64,000 nucleotides of DNA, from the IMG/VR virus record IMGVR_UViG_3300010163_002887. One strand, given 5' to 3'. The DNA is from a virus (lineage: Duplodnaviria; Heunggongvirae; Uroviricota; Caudoviricetes). The position numbers and the translations under genes were made by a program. The notes beneath the pieces were generated by a model that worked only from the letters and a program-made list of their open reading frames with translations, was not told the origin of the DNA and did not search any database. Of the stretch, positions 1 through 10,770 are shown in pieces (positions within the stretch are counted from its first letter, which is position 1; the number at the start of each line of letters is the position of its first letter).

Positions 1-356
1 GCCGTCACGGTTTCGAAAAGGGTGGCTGAGGCCCAGTCCTACGACGTGCCGGTTGTTTTATGGCGATTATTCCGCTCAACGCCACCTGCCGCCCATTGGC
101 GGTTAGCCAGGATTTTTGCTCCTACTCACCTACTAACCCGTCTCGCGCCACGGGGATAGCGTTCTATTGGTCAATCCATTACCTCCTAATTTTTTGGATC
201 TGATGCATGATACTAAAATGGAAATGCAAATATCAAAGGACACCTAACTCAAAGCCGCAAAATAATTCTTCGTCTTGAGTAATTAAGAAGTCCTTGCAAA
301 TAAATAGAAGACGATGTAGAATAACGTATTAGAGAGAAAAATAGTTTATATGGTAG

Positions 357-920
357 GTGATGAATCTTATGGCAAAATCAGTTATTCGCCGATTCATGTG
401 TATAGAATGTCCATATCATAAGACACATAATAGTTTTGAGCCGATAAAAATTGATGGAAGATCATTTAACTGCGGAGACCAGTATTGCATCGGCGGAAAG
501 AAGGCTAAACGATTTCGTCCCAGTGATCCAAAGGTCTATCCACCCACATGGTGTCCCAGGCGAAAAAGCCCTATAGAATATCGGGTCTATGCCTATAAAG
601 ATAGAAGAAAATTGCTTATGCATCAGTGGTATGAGTCTGAAGGTCTAATAGATACACCTTATGGATCTCAATTTTTCCTCCGCACTGAAGGGAATACCAA
701 CTATAACGCTTCTGCATTTCAAAAGGAAATCGAGCACAGACACCCATCAGATATCCTTGGTATTCCTATACATGATTGTGAAGTAATCGAAATTGACGAC
801 GGATTAGAGCCATATTATTTTCACGTAACTAAAAAGGGCATCCAAGTTTTATTTCGTTTCAATGCTAATGAAGCCAAGCAAAATAAATATCAAGAAAACA
901 CGCCAGAATCCCCCACCTGA
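357..920 (+). CDS. hypothetical Cys-rich protein
   Basis: 187-aa ORF. N-terminal CxxC...C..C cluster (CIECPYHK...CGDQYC). No recognisable family. Confidence 0.35.
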   Translation: MMNLMAKSVIRRFMCIECPYHKTHNSFEPIKIDGRSFNCGDQYCIGGKKAKRFRPSDPKVYPPTWCPRRKSPIEYRVYAYKDRRKLLMHQWYESEGLIDTPYGSQFFLRTEGNTNYNASAFQKEIEHRHPSDILGIPIHDCEVIEIDDGLEPYYFHVTKKGIQVLFRFNANEAKQNKYQENTPESPT

Positions 921-955
921 AAAGGTGGAGGATTCTATATTTTTATCATACAAAA

Positions 956-2302
956 CTAAGTCAGTGTACTTTTATATTCAAGAGCTTTTGAGTTAAGCTC
1001 AGCATCCAGTGCCTCGGGTATAAAAGAAACAAATCCAATTTGTGACGGCTGCGCAACACCATTTTTCATGAGTCTGTACAAAATGTCACCAGGAATCTTC
1101 CTGTTATTGATGTTTTCAAGCGGAAACTCCAACTCTTCTGCGTAATACCATAAGTCTTCCTTGTTTGTCCCGTCGTAAAGCACAACGCTTCTCACTTTGG
1201 CCGAAAGCAAGTTGACAAGCCCCTCACCATCCTTGCCAAATCCCAAAGCCATCTCCGCGCGCGCTTCCGCCGTCAGAACAGAGCTGATTCGGCATGATTG
1301 ACCTAATGATAACACGTTAATGAAACCGGGCGAGGCACACTTCCAGAACTCATCAATATAAATTGCGTGCGGAAATTGAATTGCTTTTGTGGCATATCGA
1401 TGGAATGCACTGGATTCAAGAGCCTGAATAATAAAGTAGCTCAAATATCTTGACAGCTCACGCAATGTGCCTTCTGCGGTTGAAATACAAATCATACTGC
1501 CTGTGGCAAGAATCTCGTCAAAATTGATATCGCTCTTCTCACCCTTAGCGAAATCCGGGTTTAGAACCTCTCTAAGGTATTCATTTGTTACCAATTTTGT
1601 GATCTGAGCACGTACAAGGGATGTGTTTTCGTAAATCTTGCTGTGTTCCGGGAAATAGTCATTCAAAAACCATTGTGCAATATCTCTGTTTTCTGATGCT
1701 TCTGACTCTGATAAAGCTCTAATTTTGCAGAAATTGTTGACCAATTCTCTTCCCTGACCACCTGAGTTTTTCAAAAGCCGACTAAGGCATATCAGTGTCG
1801 AATACTTTCCATCAACCTTATTCGCCTTATCCAGACGCTTGAGGACTTTTAATGCATTCCGCAGCAACTCTTCGCCCAAATCCAAGAAATATTGTGGGCT
1901 GTCTGGGTTGATTCTCTTATACACTTCAACGATATTCTCTACCACGTCATATTCGCGGCCCGCCAGCGGATTAAATTTTGGACAATTTTTATATGTTGGG
2001 TCGAAATACAGGCTTTTTCTGCCGAAACGCTCCGCCATTAAGTGTGCTTTGAGTGCGAGATCGCCTCTTGGCTCCAAAACAGTGAGTCCCCACTCAGGAT
2101 TCTGGATGTCCTGCAAAATCATCGGAAGAAGGGACTTCCGAGTCTTTCCGCATCCAGTCGGGCCGAGAATCAGCATATTAAGAAACCGATCCTTTGCCGG
2201 CCAAATCTCACGGGGATCTTCAACCCCAGCGTCGCGCCTATCTTTGGCATCGCAGATCGCGATGTCACCGGCGTTTACTTTTGTTTTCAAATTCTCTTTC
2301 AT
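956..2302 (-). CDS. type IV coupling protein-like P-loop ATPase (VirD4/TraG/TraD family), soluble paralog lacking the N-terminal membrane anchor
   Basis: Walker A LILGPTGCGKT, then VLEPRGDL...YFDP...NPL and Walker-B-like IYIDEF. About 70 percent identical to the cytoplasmic part of the 709-aa downstream paralog. Long near-identical nucleotide runs are shared, e.g. around 1650-1740 versus 3560-3650. Confidence 0.55.
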   Translation of the reverse strand: MKENLKTKVNAGDIAICDAKDRRDAGVEDPREIWPAKDRFLNMLILGPTGCGKTRKSLLPMILQDIQNPEWGLTVLEPRGDLALKAHLMAERFGRKSLYFDPTYKNCPKFNPLAGREYDVVENIVEVYKRINPDSPQYFLDLGEELLRNALKVLKRLDKANKVDGKYSTLICLSRLLKNSGGQGRELVNNFCKIRALSESEASENRDIAQWFLNDYFPEHSKIYENTSLVRAQITKLVTNEYLREVLNPDFAKGEKSDINFDEILATGSMICISTAEGTLRELSRYLSYFIIQALESSAFHRYATKAIQFPHAIYIDEFWKCASPGFINVLSLGQSCRISSVLTAEARAEMALGFGKDGEGLVNLLSAKVRSVVLYDGTNKEDLWYYAEELEFPLENINNRKIPGDILYRLMKNGVAQPSQIGFVSFIPEALDAELNSKALEYKSTLT

Positions 2303-2508
2303 GGGTTATACCTCCAATTTCTTTTTGATAATAGAAAATATGAGAAATGCCTCCCATATATCAGGAGGCATTTTCTTTTCTATTTGAAAGTTACCAGCAA
2401 ATTAAAGTGATAACATATACTGGCCTATTTAGGCATATACAACGTAAAAGTTGACATTTTCACAACCAATTTAATTATCTCGATAAGACTTAACAAGTTA
2501 AAAGCAGA

Positions 2509-4638
2509 TTAAAACAAGTCATCTGGATTGAGATCCGCAGTGAAATCAGGCATCTCGCCGCTATCGTCATCAAAATTAATCACAGTATCTGGAACGTCAG
2601 GAAGCCTCTCTCCCTTGTCCCCCTCTAACGCTTTCTCCTGCGTATCCCCCTCCTCAAACCCAGAAAACTTTGATTCTTCTTGCTCCTTCGCTTCCTTCTC
2701 ATGTTTTGCGGCATCTACCGCCGATTCACGTTTGTGTTTCGCGTCGTATTCCGCAATTTGGGCATCCAGCTCATCATTCAAATCTTTAGGAATATAACTA
2801 ATCAGACCAACTTTAGCAGGCTGGACAGAATTGTGCTTGATGATGCTGTAGGCAATTTCGCCAAAACTTTCCCCTTTACTATCACCATAGATAAGATCTG
2901 TAGGCGAAAAATTTGCCTCCATTTTCTTTTGCTCACGGATTTGCTCCGTGGGATGTCCGAGCCGGTCTAATCCACCAGTGAGCAAATTAAACTTTTTATG
3001 ACTTTCGCTAACAATCACATCCGTCTTTTCGTATTCACCAAATTGCTCGGAATAGTAACGTGCATCATCTTTATTAAGACCTGGATAGAGAATAATATTT
3101 CTCGCATTGGCGGAAACCAACTCGACAAAGTTCCTGCCATCTTTGCCGCCACCCATAGCCATCTGCGCACGCGCCTGTGTAGCCAGGATAGAGCTGACAC
3201 GATAGGAACGTCCTTGGGTCAGCATATCTGCGAAGCCAGGCGTCGAGTATGTCTGGAACTCATCGATGTAAAGCGAGTGCGGACGACGTGTATTTTCAGT
3301 ACCGGGGCGGCGAAAAACGCTGGATTGCAGCGTCAGGATGATAAAGTAGCCCAAGTATTTAGACAGGTTGCGCAAAGCACCCTGCGCCGTTGAGATGCAG
3401 ATCACTCCACCATTGGCAAGATGCTCATCAAAATTGACTTCGTTCCTTTCGCCATTCTCAAAATCAGGATTTAAAACTTCTCTCAGATATTCATTGGAGA
3501 TCAGTTTTGCGACCTGAGAGCGAACGCCGGACGTGTTTTCATAGACCTTGCTACGCTCAGGGAAATAGTCATTCAAAAACCATTGTGCAATATCTTTGTT
3601 TTCTGATGCCTCTGACTCTGATAAAACACTAATTTTACTGAAATTGTTGATTAACTCTCTCCCCTGTCCGCCTGAGTTCTGTAAAAGCCGACTGAGCCAT
3701 ATCAGGGTCGAATACTTCCCATCAATCCCCTCCGACCTGTCCAAGCGTTTGAGGACTTTTACCGCGTTACGAATTAGCTGTTCATTCAAGTCAAGGAAGA
3801 ACTGTGGACTATCCGGGTTCAGCATTTTAAAGGTTGTGGCAATATTCTCTACCACATCGACCTCACGACCAGAAAGTGGATTGAATTTGGGGCAATTTTT
3901 GTATGAGGGGTCAAAGTATATGCTCTCCCGACCGAAATGCTTTGCCATGAGGTGCGCTTTGATTGCGAGATCGCCTTTCGGCTCCAGAACCGTAATGCCC
4001 CAATCTGGATTCTGGATGTCCTGCAAGATCATCGGAATAACGGTTTGAGATGTTTTGCCGCATCCAGTAGGGCCAAGAATCAGCATATGCAGAAAGCGAT
4101 CCTTAGCTGGCAGGATTTCGCGAGGGTCCTTTTCTCCGGCCTCAACCTTCTCTTTGATATTACAAAGAACAATGTCGCCCGGTTTCGGGTCATTCTTCCC
4201 ACTGGCGCTCCCCAGTAGCCCACCTTCTGCATTCTCAAGGATCTTTTTGATAAAATCAGAATTGACAAACACAACCCCGATAATTGTGGACATGATAGTC
4301 AGCATCAACCAAACTCCGATCGTGATATTGCCGCTGATTTTATGTTGGAATGCTCGGGCAGGAGTACTGACCAAAAAGACAACGAAAATGATCATCGCAA
4401 TTTGGAGCATTCTTTTCCCATTGAAGCTCTTGTCATCAGCGTATAATCTGTAAAGCAGGAATTCAAATCCCATAATCAATAGCTCTAACACCATAAAGAA
4501 TAGGCCGAACGCCTGTGGCACAAAAATTAGAAATGCAAAAATCAAAGACATGGCGGCTAATCCAATCATCATAAACTGTTTTGCTTTCTCCTTTTGTTTT
4601 TGTGCAAATTCAAGAATTGTATCTGAAATCTTAGACAT
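2509..4638 (-). CDS. type IV coupling protein (VirD4/TraG/TraD family) with N-terminal transmembrane segments
   Basis: About 4 hydrophobic helices in the first 135 aa. Then LILGPTGCGKT, VLEPKGDL, YFDPS..NPL, SLYIDEF, ILATQARAQM (the T4CP arrangement), with an acidic C-terminal tail. Confidence 0.65.
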   Translation of the reverse strand: MSKISDTILEFAQKQKEKAKQFMMIGLAAMSLIFAFLIFVPQAFGLFFMVLELLIMGFEFLLYRLYADDKSFNGKRMLQIAMIIFVVFLVSTPARAFQHKISGNITIGVWLMLTIMSTIIGVVFVNSDFIKKILENAEGGLLGSASGKNDPKPGDIVLCNIKEKVEAGEKDPREILPAKDRFLHMLILGPTGCGKTSQTVIPMILQDIQNPDWGITVLEPKGDLAIKAHLMAKHFGRESIYFDPSYKNCPKFNPLSGREVDVVENIATTFKMLNPDSPQFFLDLNEQLIRNAVKVLKRLDRSEGIDGKYSTLIWLSRLLQNSGGQGRELINNFSKISVLSESEASENKDIAQWFLNDYFPERSKVYENTSGVRSQVAKLISNEYLREVLNPDFENGERNEVNFDEHLANGGVICISTAQGALRNLSKYLGYFIILTLQSSVFRRPGTENTRRPHSLYIDEFQTYSTPGFADMLTQGRSYRVSSILATQARAQMAMGGGKDGRNFVELVSANARNIILYPGLNKDDARYYSEQFGEYEKTDVIVSESHKKFNLLTGGLDRLGHPTEQIREQKKMEANFSPTDLIYGDSKGESFGEIAYSIIKHNSVQPAKVGLISYIPKDLNDELDAQIAEYDAKHKRESAVDAAKHEKEAKEQEESKFSGFEEGDTQEKALEGDKGERLPDVPDTVINFDDDSGEMPDFTADLNPDDLF

Positions 4639-4711
4639 AAGACTCCCTCCTTTTCTATTCGTTTTACGAAAATATTCCTGACGATATTAGGCGATCTCTA
4701 CATCTGTGCTC

Positions 4712-4750
4712 AGAGCCGCCCAGCGGCTCCCGCAAAGGCAACCCCCTCCC
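4712..4750. repeat. intergenic repeat unit: GC hairpin (GAGCCGC-CCA-GCGGCTC) plus CCGCAAAGGCAACCCCCTCCC
   Basis: Core 11-mer CCGCAAAGGCA recurs at least 10 times in the window, always intergenic; see findings. Confidence 0.6.
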
Positions 4751-4797
4751 AAGAAAAGGAGGCCCTGGACGATCCAGAGCCTCCTCGGGCGTTTCGT

Positions 4798-5796
4798 TTA
4801 ACCGACCAGATTTGCAACAACACAGACCTTCAAGGAAGGCTGATTGGGGACGCAGGTATACAGCGTCAGGCGACTCGAACCATCCTGCTGGAGGCCACTG
4901 GTGTCGTTCGTGGAAACACGAGAGATATTCGAAACTTGATACGTCAGGGAACCGTAACCAGTTGTGTAGGTCATCAGATCGCCGACTTGAAGCTTTTCGA
5001 GCTTGCCAAAGATGCCGGTTCGGTTGTGTGCGCCAAGCGCAATATTACCATTCCAACCACTGGTGCAGTCGAAGTGGCCGATGCCCTTCGACAGCGCCTT
5101 GGAATCAGTGCCTTCATACACATAGTTGTTTACACCGATAGCAGGGATAGAAAGACGGGCAATCGCACCGCCTGTCGTGATCGTAGGCATTGAAACCTTA
5201 TTGGTGGCAAGACCAGGGTATGCGCCGTTTCCATAGGCTGCTGCCGCGCCATACGTTGTGGCATATCCGCCTGCTACGCCAGTCGGGATAACAGAGGGAT
5301 TGACAACCATAGGATTCGCGGTACTGTACATGCTGTTCAGACCATTGTACATATTACCGGTCGGGAGCGCGCCCGAGTCAACGGTTGGGATGAACGTGGG
5401 AACATAGGCGTTGCCGTTCTGCGTGGTAGGCCCAAGTTCATTGGGAAATACCGAGTTGGCAGCGATATCAATATCGGTCGCCAGCCCATAGGATTCGGGG
5501 TACTCGCCAACGGGGAGATCGAGCGAAGAGAGTGGGCCAGAGGCGGGGTTGCCTGTCAGGCCACTTGAGACAGTTCCGTCAGTGCCGACCGTAATCTGCC
5601 CATTATTGGCAATAAAGTTGGTGTCAGTCGATGTGGACTGATAGAAAGTTTCCCCGGAAGCATCCCCCGCAAATGTGTATTCAAGCGCCAGAGATGGTAC
5701 AGTAAGAGAAGACGCAATGACTGCGGCCATTACACCGGCAAGCAGTCCCTTCTTCAAAAAAGGTGCGCGTTTCATGTTAATCATTCCTCCTAACAT
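4798..5796 (-). CDS. sortase-family transpeptidase-like secreted protein
   Basis: Signal peptide (MKRAPFLKKGLLAGVMAAVIASSLTVPSLA), a long G/T/S/N-rich linker, and a C-terminal domain that aligns to SrtA (IALGAHNRT as the His region, RLTLYTC as the TLxTC catalytic Cys). Lys replaces the usual catalytic Arg in the last strand. Confidence 0.55.
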   Translation of the reverse strand: MLGGMINMKRAPFLKKGLLAGVMAAVIASSLTVPSLALEYTFAGDASGETFYQSTSTDTNFIANNGQITVGTDGTVSSGLTGNPASGPLSSLDLPVGEYPESYGLATDIDIAANSVFPNELGPTTQNGNAYVPTFIPTVDSGALPTGNMYNGLNSMYSTANPMVVNPSVIPTGVAGGYATTYGAAAAYGNGAYPGLATNKVSMPTITTGGAIARLSIPAIGVNNYVYEGTDSKALSKGIGHFDCTSGWNGNIALGAHNRTGIFGKLEKLQVGDLMTYTTGYGSLTYQVSNISRVSTNDTSGLQQDGSSRLTLYTCVPNQPSLKVCVVANLVG

Positions 5797-6052
5797 TTTT
5801 CCGAAAAATCTTTAACGGTTTTCCTGTGGATATTCTTTTGGTTTGGTACATGAAAAACATATGGGGAGAATAATAAATTATTGGGATATGGGTATGAGCC
5901 AATATTTAAAGCTTATTTAAAAAAATGCGACTGGAATCGGTAGAAACAAACATCTATCGAACTTAAAGAGGATGAGAATTTTAATAGTGTTAACAAAAGC
6001 CGCAATCCCTGGTTAAACAAGGATTGCGGCTTTTTTAGATTCAAGATTTCTT

Positions 6053-6442
6053 TTAATTTTTTCTTAGCCAATCGATATCCATGTCGTGTGCAATGAATTC
6101 CATTGTCAAATCATGATGGACACAATTTCCAAAGCGATCATAGATGACAAACATATCTTCTTCTGTAAAATTCGTATCCAGAAAATTGTTAATACCGGCG
6201 CGCATCAACTCGTGAAACTTCTGATTTCTCCACTCCTGCGAGTACGGAGCAGTTTTACATGCCGAACGTGATAACCACTCCAAAACCTTTGCCTCTATCT
6301 CCTCTGGCGTTTTGCATCCATGAAGAATAAAGTATTGGTTTGTGCGCGGATGCGCGATGAATTCATCCCGTTCATTAATGAAACTATTCGGAAACGCCTC
6401 CAAAAGTGCTTCACGGGCGTTATTTATACTTTCAAACATCAA
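6053..6442 (-). CDS. hypothetical protein
   Basis: 129-aa ORF in the minus-strand operon; no motif recognised. Confidence 0.4.
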   Translation of the reverse strand: MMFESINNAREALLEAFPNSFINERDEFIAHPRTNQYFILHGCKTPEEIEAKVLEWLSRSACKTAPYSQEWRNQKFHELMRAGINNFLDTNFTEEDMFVIYDRFGNCVHHDLTMEFIAHDMDIDWLRKN

Positions 6443-6477
6443 TGTTATCCTCCTTTTTTGAATACTACATTTGATAA

Positions 6478-6774
6478 TTAGCCTCGTTTTTTACGATACG
6501 CCAACCAGTTTTTCCCGTAGAAATAGTCTTGTGGATATTTTGCAACATTTTCAGGCAAGATAGCCCAATGAGGTGCTGGCGACTCGGGTCGCAGACCAAC
6601 GTGCCAATACGGTTCACCGCCCATTTCCCGCAGATCGTCTGGAGTTAGAGGGTCGTTTCGTTCCGCCTCGTCATAGGCGCGGAGTACAGTGATTGCCAGA
6701 TCTACAGCCTCGGAGTATGTGGGATCGGCTATGTTCACATGCTGCAAAGTTGTGATTGCTTTCTCAATTGTCAT
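6478..6774 (-). CDS. hypothetical protein
   Basis: 98-aa ORF; 11-nt overlap with the upstream AAA ATPase gene suggests coupling. Confidence 0.4.
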   Translation of the reverse strand: MTIEKAITTLQHVNIADPTYSEAVDLAITVLRAYDEAERNDPLTPDDLREMGGEPYWHVGLRPESPAPHWAILPENVAKYPQDYFYGKNWLAYRKKRG

Positions 6775-7678
6775 TTTCGCTCTCCTGTAGAATGTGGTTT
6801 ACAACAACCTCCGTACAGGCACTCACAACAGTTGCCGCAGGTGCGCTCCCCTCAAAGGTTTTATCGCACCAATCGTCAACCCAGTTAATGGGTGCCAATC
6901 CAGCATATCGAAAAAATTTCATTGCCAGCTCTTTTATTTCAGTAGCGGTGAGAAAGGTTAGTTCATATTGCAGAGGAAACCTGCGCACAAGAGCCGGATC
7001 AAGCTGATCAAAGCGGTTTGTAGTGCCAATGATTATGGAACCATTGAGGATTTGATCCATCTCCTGCATTACGGCTATCACAACACGATTCATCTCCCCC
7101 ACATCATGCGCTTGCCCCCGCGCCATCCCAATGGCGTCTATTTCATCAAAGCAGAGAACGCATGGGTTGGAACGAACATAGTCAAAAATTCTCGCGATAT
7201 TGGACTGTGTGCCTCCCAAACCAGAAGAAACAACACTCGAAAACCGAACATAGGCAAAGGGCAATTTTGCCTTATGTGCGATGTAGTGCGCCAATTCGGA
7301 TTTCCCGCAGCCGCTTTCTCCATACAGCAAGAGCGCAGGTAGGTATGGAATGCCTAAGTCGGCAAGACGCCCCGCCGCGCGATATAGAGCTATGGTTTTC
7401 TTCACCGCAACCGATTCTGTTTTGCGGAGAAGGAACTTGGCATCAGGAAACAACGCTGAATCTTCAACAACCAAAATGCCCTTTAAATTTGGGGGCAGTT
7501 GGATAAAATCTTTTTTCGTTTCTAGCCGTCTTAGCAGGTCATCCCGAAATGCCTCATCCTTTTTTGTAGAGATATTCCTCAAAATTATCTGCGCCTGAAG
7601 TTTGGCTTGCCGGATATCTCCATCGCACACGTAGCGAAGAAGTCGCCTCTCGTCGTTATTCATGGTCTGCCCCCTCAA
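6764..7678 (-). CDS. AAA family ATPase
   Basis: Walker A LLYGESGCGKSELA, Walker B VLCFDEIDAIG, sensor IIIGTTNRFDQLDPALVRRF. Confidence 0.7.
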   Translation of the reverse strand: MRGQTMNNDERRLLRYVCDGDIRQAKLQAQIILRNISTKKDEAFRDDLLRRLETKKDFIQLPPNLKGILVVEDSALFPDAKFLLRKTESVAVKKTIALYRAAGRLADLGIPYLPALLLYGESGCGKSELAHYIAHKAKLPFAYVRFSSVVSSGLGGTQSNIARIFDYVRSNPCVLCFDEIDAIGMARGQAHDVGEMNRVVIAVMQEMDQILNGSIIIGTTNRFDQLDPALVRRFPLQYELTFLTATEIKELAMKFFRYAGLAPINWVDDWCDKTFEGSAPAATVVSACTEVVVNHILQESENDN

Positions 7679-7834
7679 TTTGGCTCATCGGATGAGAAGG
7701 TGTGTTTCGAGCGAAGAAATTCAGCCTTTTCATCACTTAAACGGTTTGGGTCTTCCAAGCTCGTGTCTCTATCACTTGAGCGAGTAAGCCTGGCAAAAAA
7801 CTCCTTAATCTTTTTCAGCATAATTGTACTCCTT

Positions 7835-8464
7835 TCAGAAAAATCGGACATTGGGGATGTTATCCTCGCTGCTGCGAGAAAACTTGTTGATGATCCTCGT
7901 TGACCAATCGCGGAACAAAACTTGGTGCTGAAAATCTCCGCCATTAAAGCCTACAATTTTCAGAATCTTTACTGGTTGACCTTCAAGCAAGAATTCTCCT
8001 GGCTTAGAGCGCAAAAGAAAGATCGCATTTTCCCATTTTTCTTTTGTCATTACGTCCCCTTTGCACTCCATGCCCTCCCCGCACATCAGGCACTTGGAGG
8101 GAATCCGACCAACTCTGCCGTCTGGGTAGAACTTAGCTTTTTCTGTGTAGCCGCAATGGGGACAGACATAGGTTTGTTCAGTCCCTGTAGTCCCCCAGTC
8201 TTCATAGACCAACAAATGCTCGTCGATCTCAGTTCCTGAATAGGTACGCGGCATCATATCAAAGCCCATGCCCAGCGTCAGGACGCAGATCTTTGAAAAG
8301 TCCTCAAATGTCTTTGCCTGTATGAATTTGTGCGCGAGCTTGTTCCAGGGGAGTGTGTGGGGGATGATTGGGGTCATGAAGAAACCCCTGGCACATTTGA
8401 ATACCACAACGCGGTTTTTCACTCCTTGGCTGCTTTTCCTTTCAACATTCTGACTGATAGTCAT
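7835..8464 (-). CDS. hypothetical zinc-ribbon protein
   Basis: CPHCGYTEKAKF...CLMCGEGMEC cysteine pairs. The true start may be internal. Confidence 0.4.
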   Translation of the reverse strand: MTISQNVERKSSQGVKNRVVVFKCARGFFMTPIIPHTLPWNKLAHKFIQAKTFEDFSKICVLTLGMGFDMMPRTYSGTEIDEHLLVYEDWGTTGTEQTYVCPHCGYTEKAKFYPDGRVGRIPSKCLMCGEGMECKGDVMTKEKWENAIFLLRSKPGEFLLEGQPVKILKIVGFNGGDFQHQVLFRDWSTRIINKFSRSSEDNIPNVRFF

Positions 8465-8582
8465 TTTGATCCTCCTTGTAAAAACAACTACTTTGATTGG
8501 ATTGATGTATTATACGGTAAACAATTTGGTATATCAGAAAACGGCCTCCCGCAATGCGAGAGACCGTTTCTTATAGTTCATG

Positions 8583-8831
8583 TCAGCGTTTGTATGTTAC
8601 CCTTTTTGTCGTTTTCCTGTCCTGGTATTCGACTGTGATGGTTGTGGGCAGGCCGGTGGCGTCTACTGTGATTGGGAGGTATCTTGCCCCTACAATTGTC
8701 AGATCTTTCTTATGCCCGCTTTCGCATTTGAGTGCATCGCATTTATCCGCAAATTGCGTCCCACACATTTCACAAATCCAATGTCTAATTTCTTTCATTT
8801 CAATTTCACCTCTTATATGATCCATATACAT
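8583..8831 (-). CDS. small zinc-ribbon protein
   Basis: 82 aa, CEMCGTQFADKCDALKCESGH. Confidence 0.35.
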   Translation of the reverse strand: MYMDHIRGEIEMKEIRHWICEMCGTQFADKCDALKCESGHKKDLTIVGARYLPITVDATGLPTTITVEYQDRKTTKRVTYKR

Positions 8832-9577
8832 ACCGTCTTGTTGTCTAACATTATATTAGTAGTCTCCGTGCTGCTTACTGTGTCAAAAACAGCATCAATA
8901 TCTTCAAATCTAAAATTTTTAATATCAATGCCGTTGTTAGCTGTTACAGGAAGTAACACATGATCCGTTTGAGAATCTATTTCATATTCTTCAAGGTATT
9001 CCTCTATATCACTAGTTCGAAATACATTGAAATAAATGCGATTATGATCGAGATCAATAGTTACTATTTTCCCCTGCGGTCTCCGCACTTCATTGATACC
9101 TTGTTCTGTGACAGCAATTAGACCAAAATTTTTGTCAATTGCTGTTCTGAAGGTAATCCCTTTGCAAACTCCCTTATTGCAGATCCGCGTAAGTTCCAGT
9201 TTATCGATGCCTGCGCCCGTGCTCTCCAAAAGTCGAGTTGCCAGCAAAAGATCCTCATCTTTCTTGTCATATTGCCCTTCAATTTTAACACGGGTAACTT
9301 TTGGGGCGTTTTCCGCAAGATACTCATAACGTGCCCAAGCGCGGTTTAAATTATCAAAGAATATCTCTGTGTCGCAGGTTTCATCTGGATGAACTTTATT
9401 TTTTTGATACTGTTCAATAATGCCATGACACAGAAAAAGTGCTGAACGCGTGGAGGCAGACCAAGGATAATATGCGATGGCAATATTTTTCCCATTTTTT
9501 ACAATCTCAATATTTAATTCTCGATTTGAAATGGGCATTTCCTTTTTTAAATCATCTAGTTTTTGGTCCATGTTCAA
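8813..9577 (-). CDS. hypothetical protein (tandem paralog 1 of 2)
   Basis: Shares ILANAYYHWSA / LLESTGAGI / GITFRTAIDxNxGLI / NGIDIKxFxFEDxDAV blocks with 9644..10360. Confidence 0.45.
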   Translation of the reverse strand: MNMDQKLDDLKKEMPISNRELNIEIVKNGKNIAIAYYPWSASTRSALFLCHGIIEQYQKNKVHPDETCDTEIFFDNLNRAWARYEYLAENAPKVTRVKIEGQYDKKDEDLLLATRLLESTGAGIDKLELTRICNKGVCKGITFRTAIDKNFGLIAVTEQGINEVRRPQGKIVTIDLDHNRIYFNVFRTSDIEEYLEEYEIDSQTDHVLLPVTANNGIDIKNFRFEDIDAVFDTVSSTETTNIMLDNKTVCIWII

Positions 9578-9643
9578 TATCTCCTTTTTTGACCTTTACT
9601 TTTTGAAGTGCTTTAACGTTTAACTCCTTTCATTTTCCATATT

Positions 9644-10360
9644 TTACATAACCCATGCATAAACCGTTTCACTATCTACCAAGATATTTGTTTTTTCTGT
9701 GTTCTTTACCATGGCAATAACAGCATCAACATCTTCGAAAGAAAAATCTTTGATATCAATGCCATTTTCAATTGCAACAGGAATTTGCTCGGGATTCTCT
9801 TCGGGATTGATATCGAATTCTTCAAGGTATTCTTTCCAATCGATAGTCCAGAATACGCCGAACAGAATGCGCTTGTTGTCGAGGTCGATTGTTGCCTGAC
9901 CTTCCTGCCAACACCGTGTTTCTTCGATACCTTTCTCTGTCACAGAAATTAACCCGGAATTTCTGTCAATTGCCGTTCTAAAAGTGATTCCTTGGCAAAT
10001 TCTCCCTTTGATAATTTCCTTAAGCTCCGACTCATTAATACCAGCACCGGTGCTTTCTAAAAGCCGAATTGCCAACAAAACATCCTCATCCTTCTTGTCA
10101 TATTCCCCCGCAGTCTTAACGCGGGCGATTGTCGGTCGGTCTTCTTTAAACCGCTCACAAAACTGAACCTTCTCTTTTAGGCATTCAGTGTACATATCTG
10201 AATCACATGTGTCTGCCGGATCGACTCTGATTTTTTTGTACTCCTCAATAATACCCTTGCACAACTCAAGCGCTGGGAGCGTATATGCCGACCAGTGATA
10301 GTATGCGTTTGCAAGAATTTTGCCGCCCTTTAGAATCTCGATATTCAGCCTCTGTCCCAT
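9644..10360 (-). CDS. hypothetical protein (tandem paralog 2 of 2)
   Basis: Paralog of 8813..9577; unknown family. Confidence 0.45.
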   Translation of the reverse strand: MGQRLNIEILKGGKILANAYYHWSAYTLPALELCKGIIEEYKKIRVDPADTCDSDMYTECLKEKVQFCERFKEDRPTIARVKTAGEYDKKDEDVLLAIRLLESTGAGINESELKEIIKGRICQGITFRTAIDRNSGLISVTEKGIEETRCWQEGQATIDLDNKRILFGVFWTIDWKEYLEEFDINPEENPEQIPVAIENGIDIKDFSFEDVDAVIAMVKNTEKTNILVDSETVYAWVM

Positions 10361-10650
10361 AATTATTATCTCCTTTTCAAAATTTTACTTTTTGGGATGC
10401 TGGCTAATATTACAGATTTAAAAAAAAATTATCAAAAGAGTTGCCTTTGCGGGACGTGCTCTGGATGGGGGTGAGGAGGCGGCGAGAGTGCAAAAAGGCA
10501 GACCCCTTCCAAGGAGTCTGCCTTTGAGCGAGGGCAGACAATCTTTTCGCGTTATTTGCTGGCAAGGTAAATGCTTGGGACGATTAATATAATTACTCTA
10601 GCAAGGATATATAGTCCAGGCATTAAACTGTTTTTTTATTCATAAATAAA

Positions 10651-10690
10651 ACACCAATTTTGATACTACAAGTACAAAATCGGTGTTTTT
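10651..10690 (-). terminator. rho-independent terminator downstream of tRNA-Pro
   Basis: Hairpin AACACCGATTTTG...CAAAATTGGTGTT followed by a T-run on the minus strand. Confidence 0.5.
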
Positions 10691-10694
10691 ATCA

Positions 10695-10770
<76 letters not shown>

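Noticed and set aside
956-4638. P-loop ATPases as phage FtsK/HerA-type packaging ATPases
   Set aside because: The motif series (GPTGCGKT, VLEPxGDL, NPL, YIDEF) and the N-terminal TM anchor fit VirD4/TraG coupling proteins better than HerA/FtsK.
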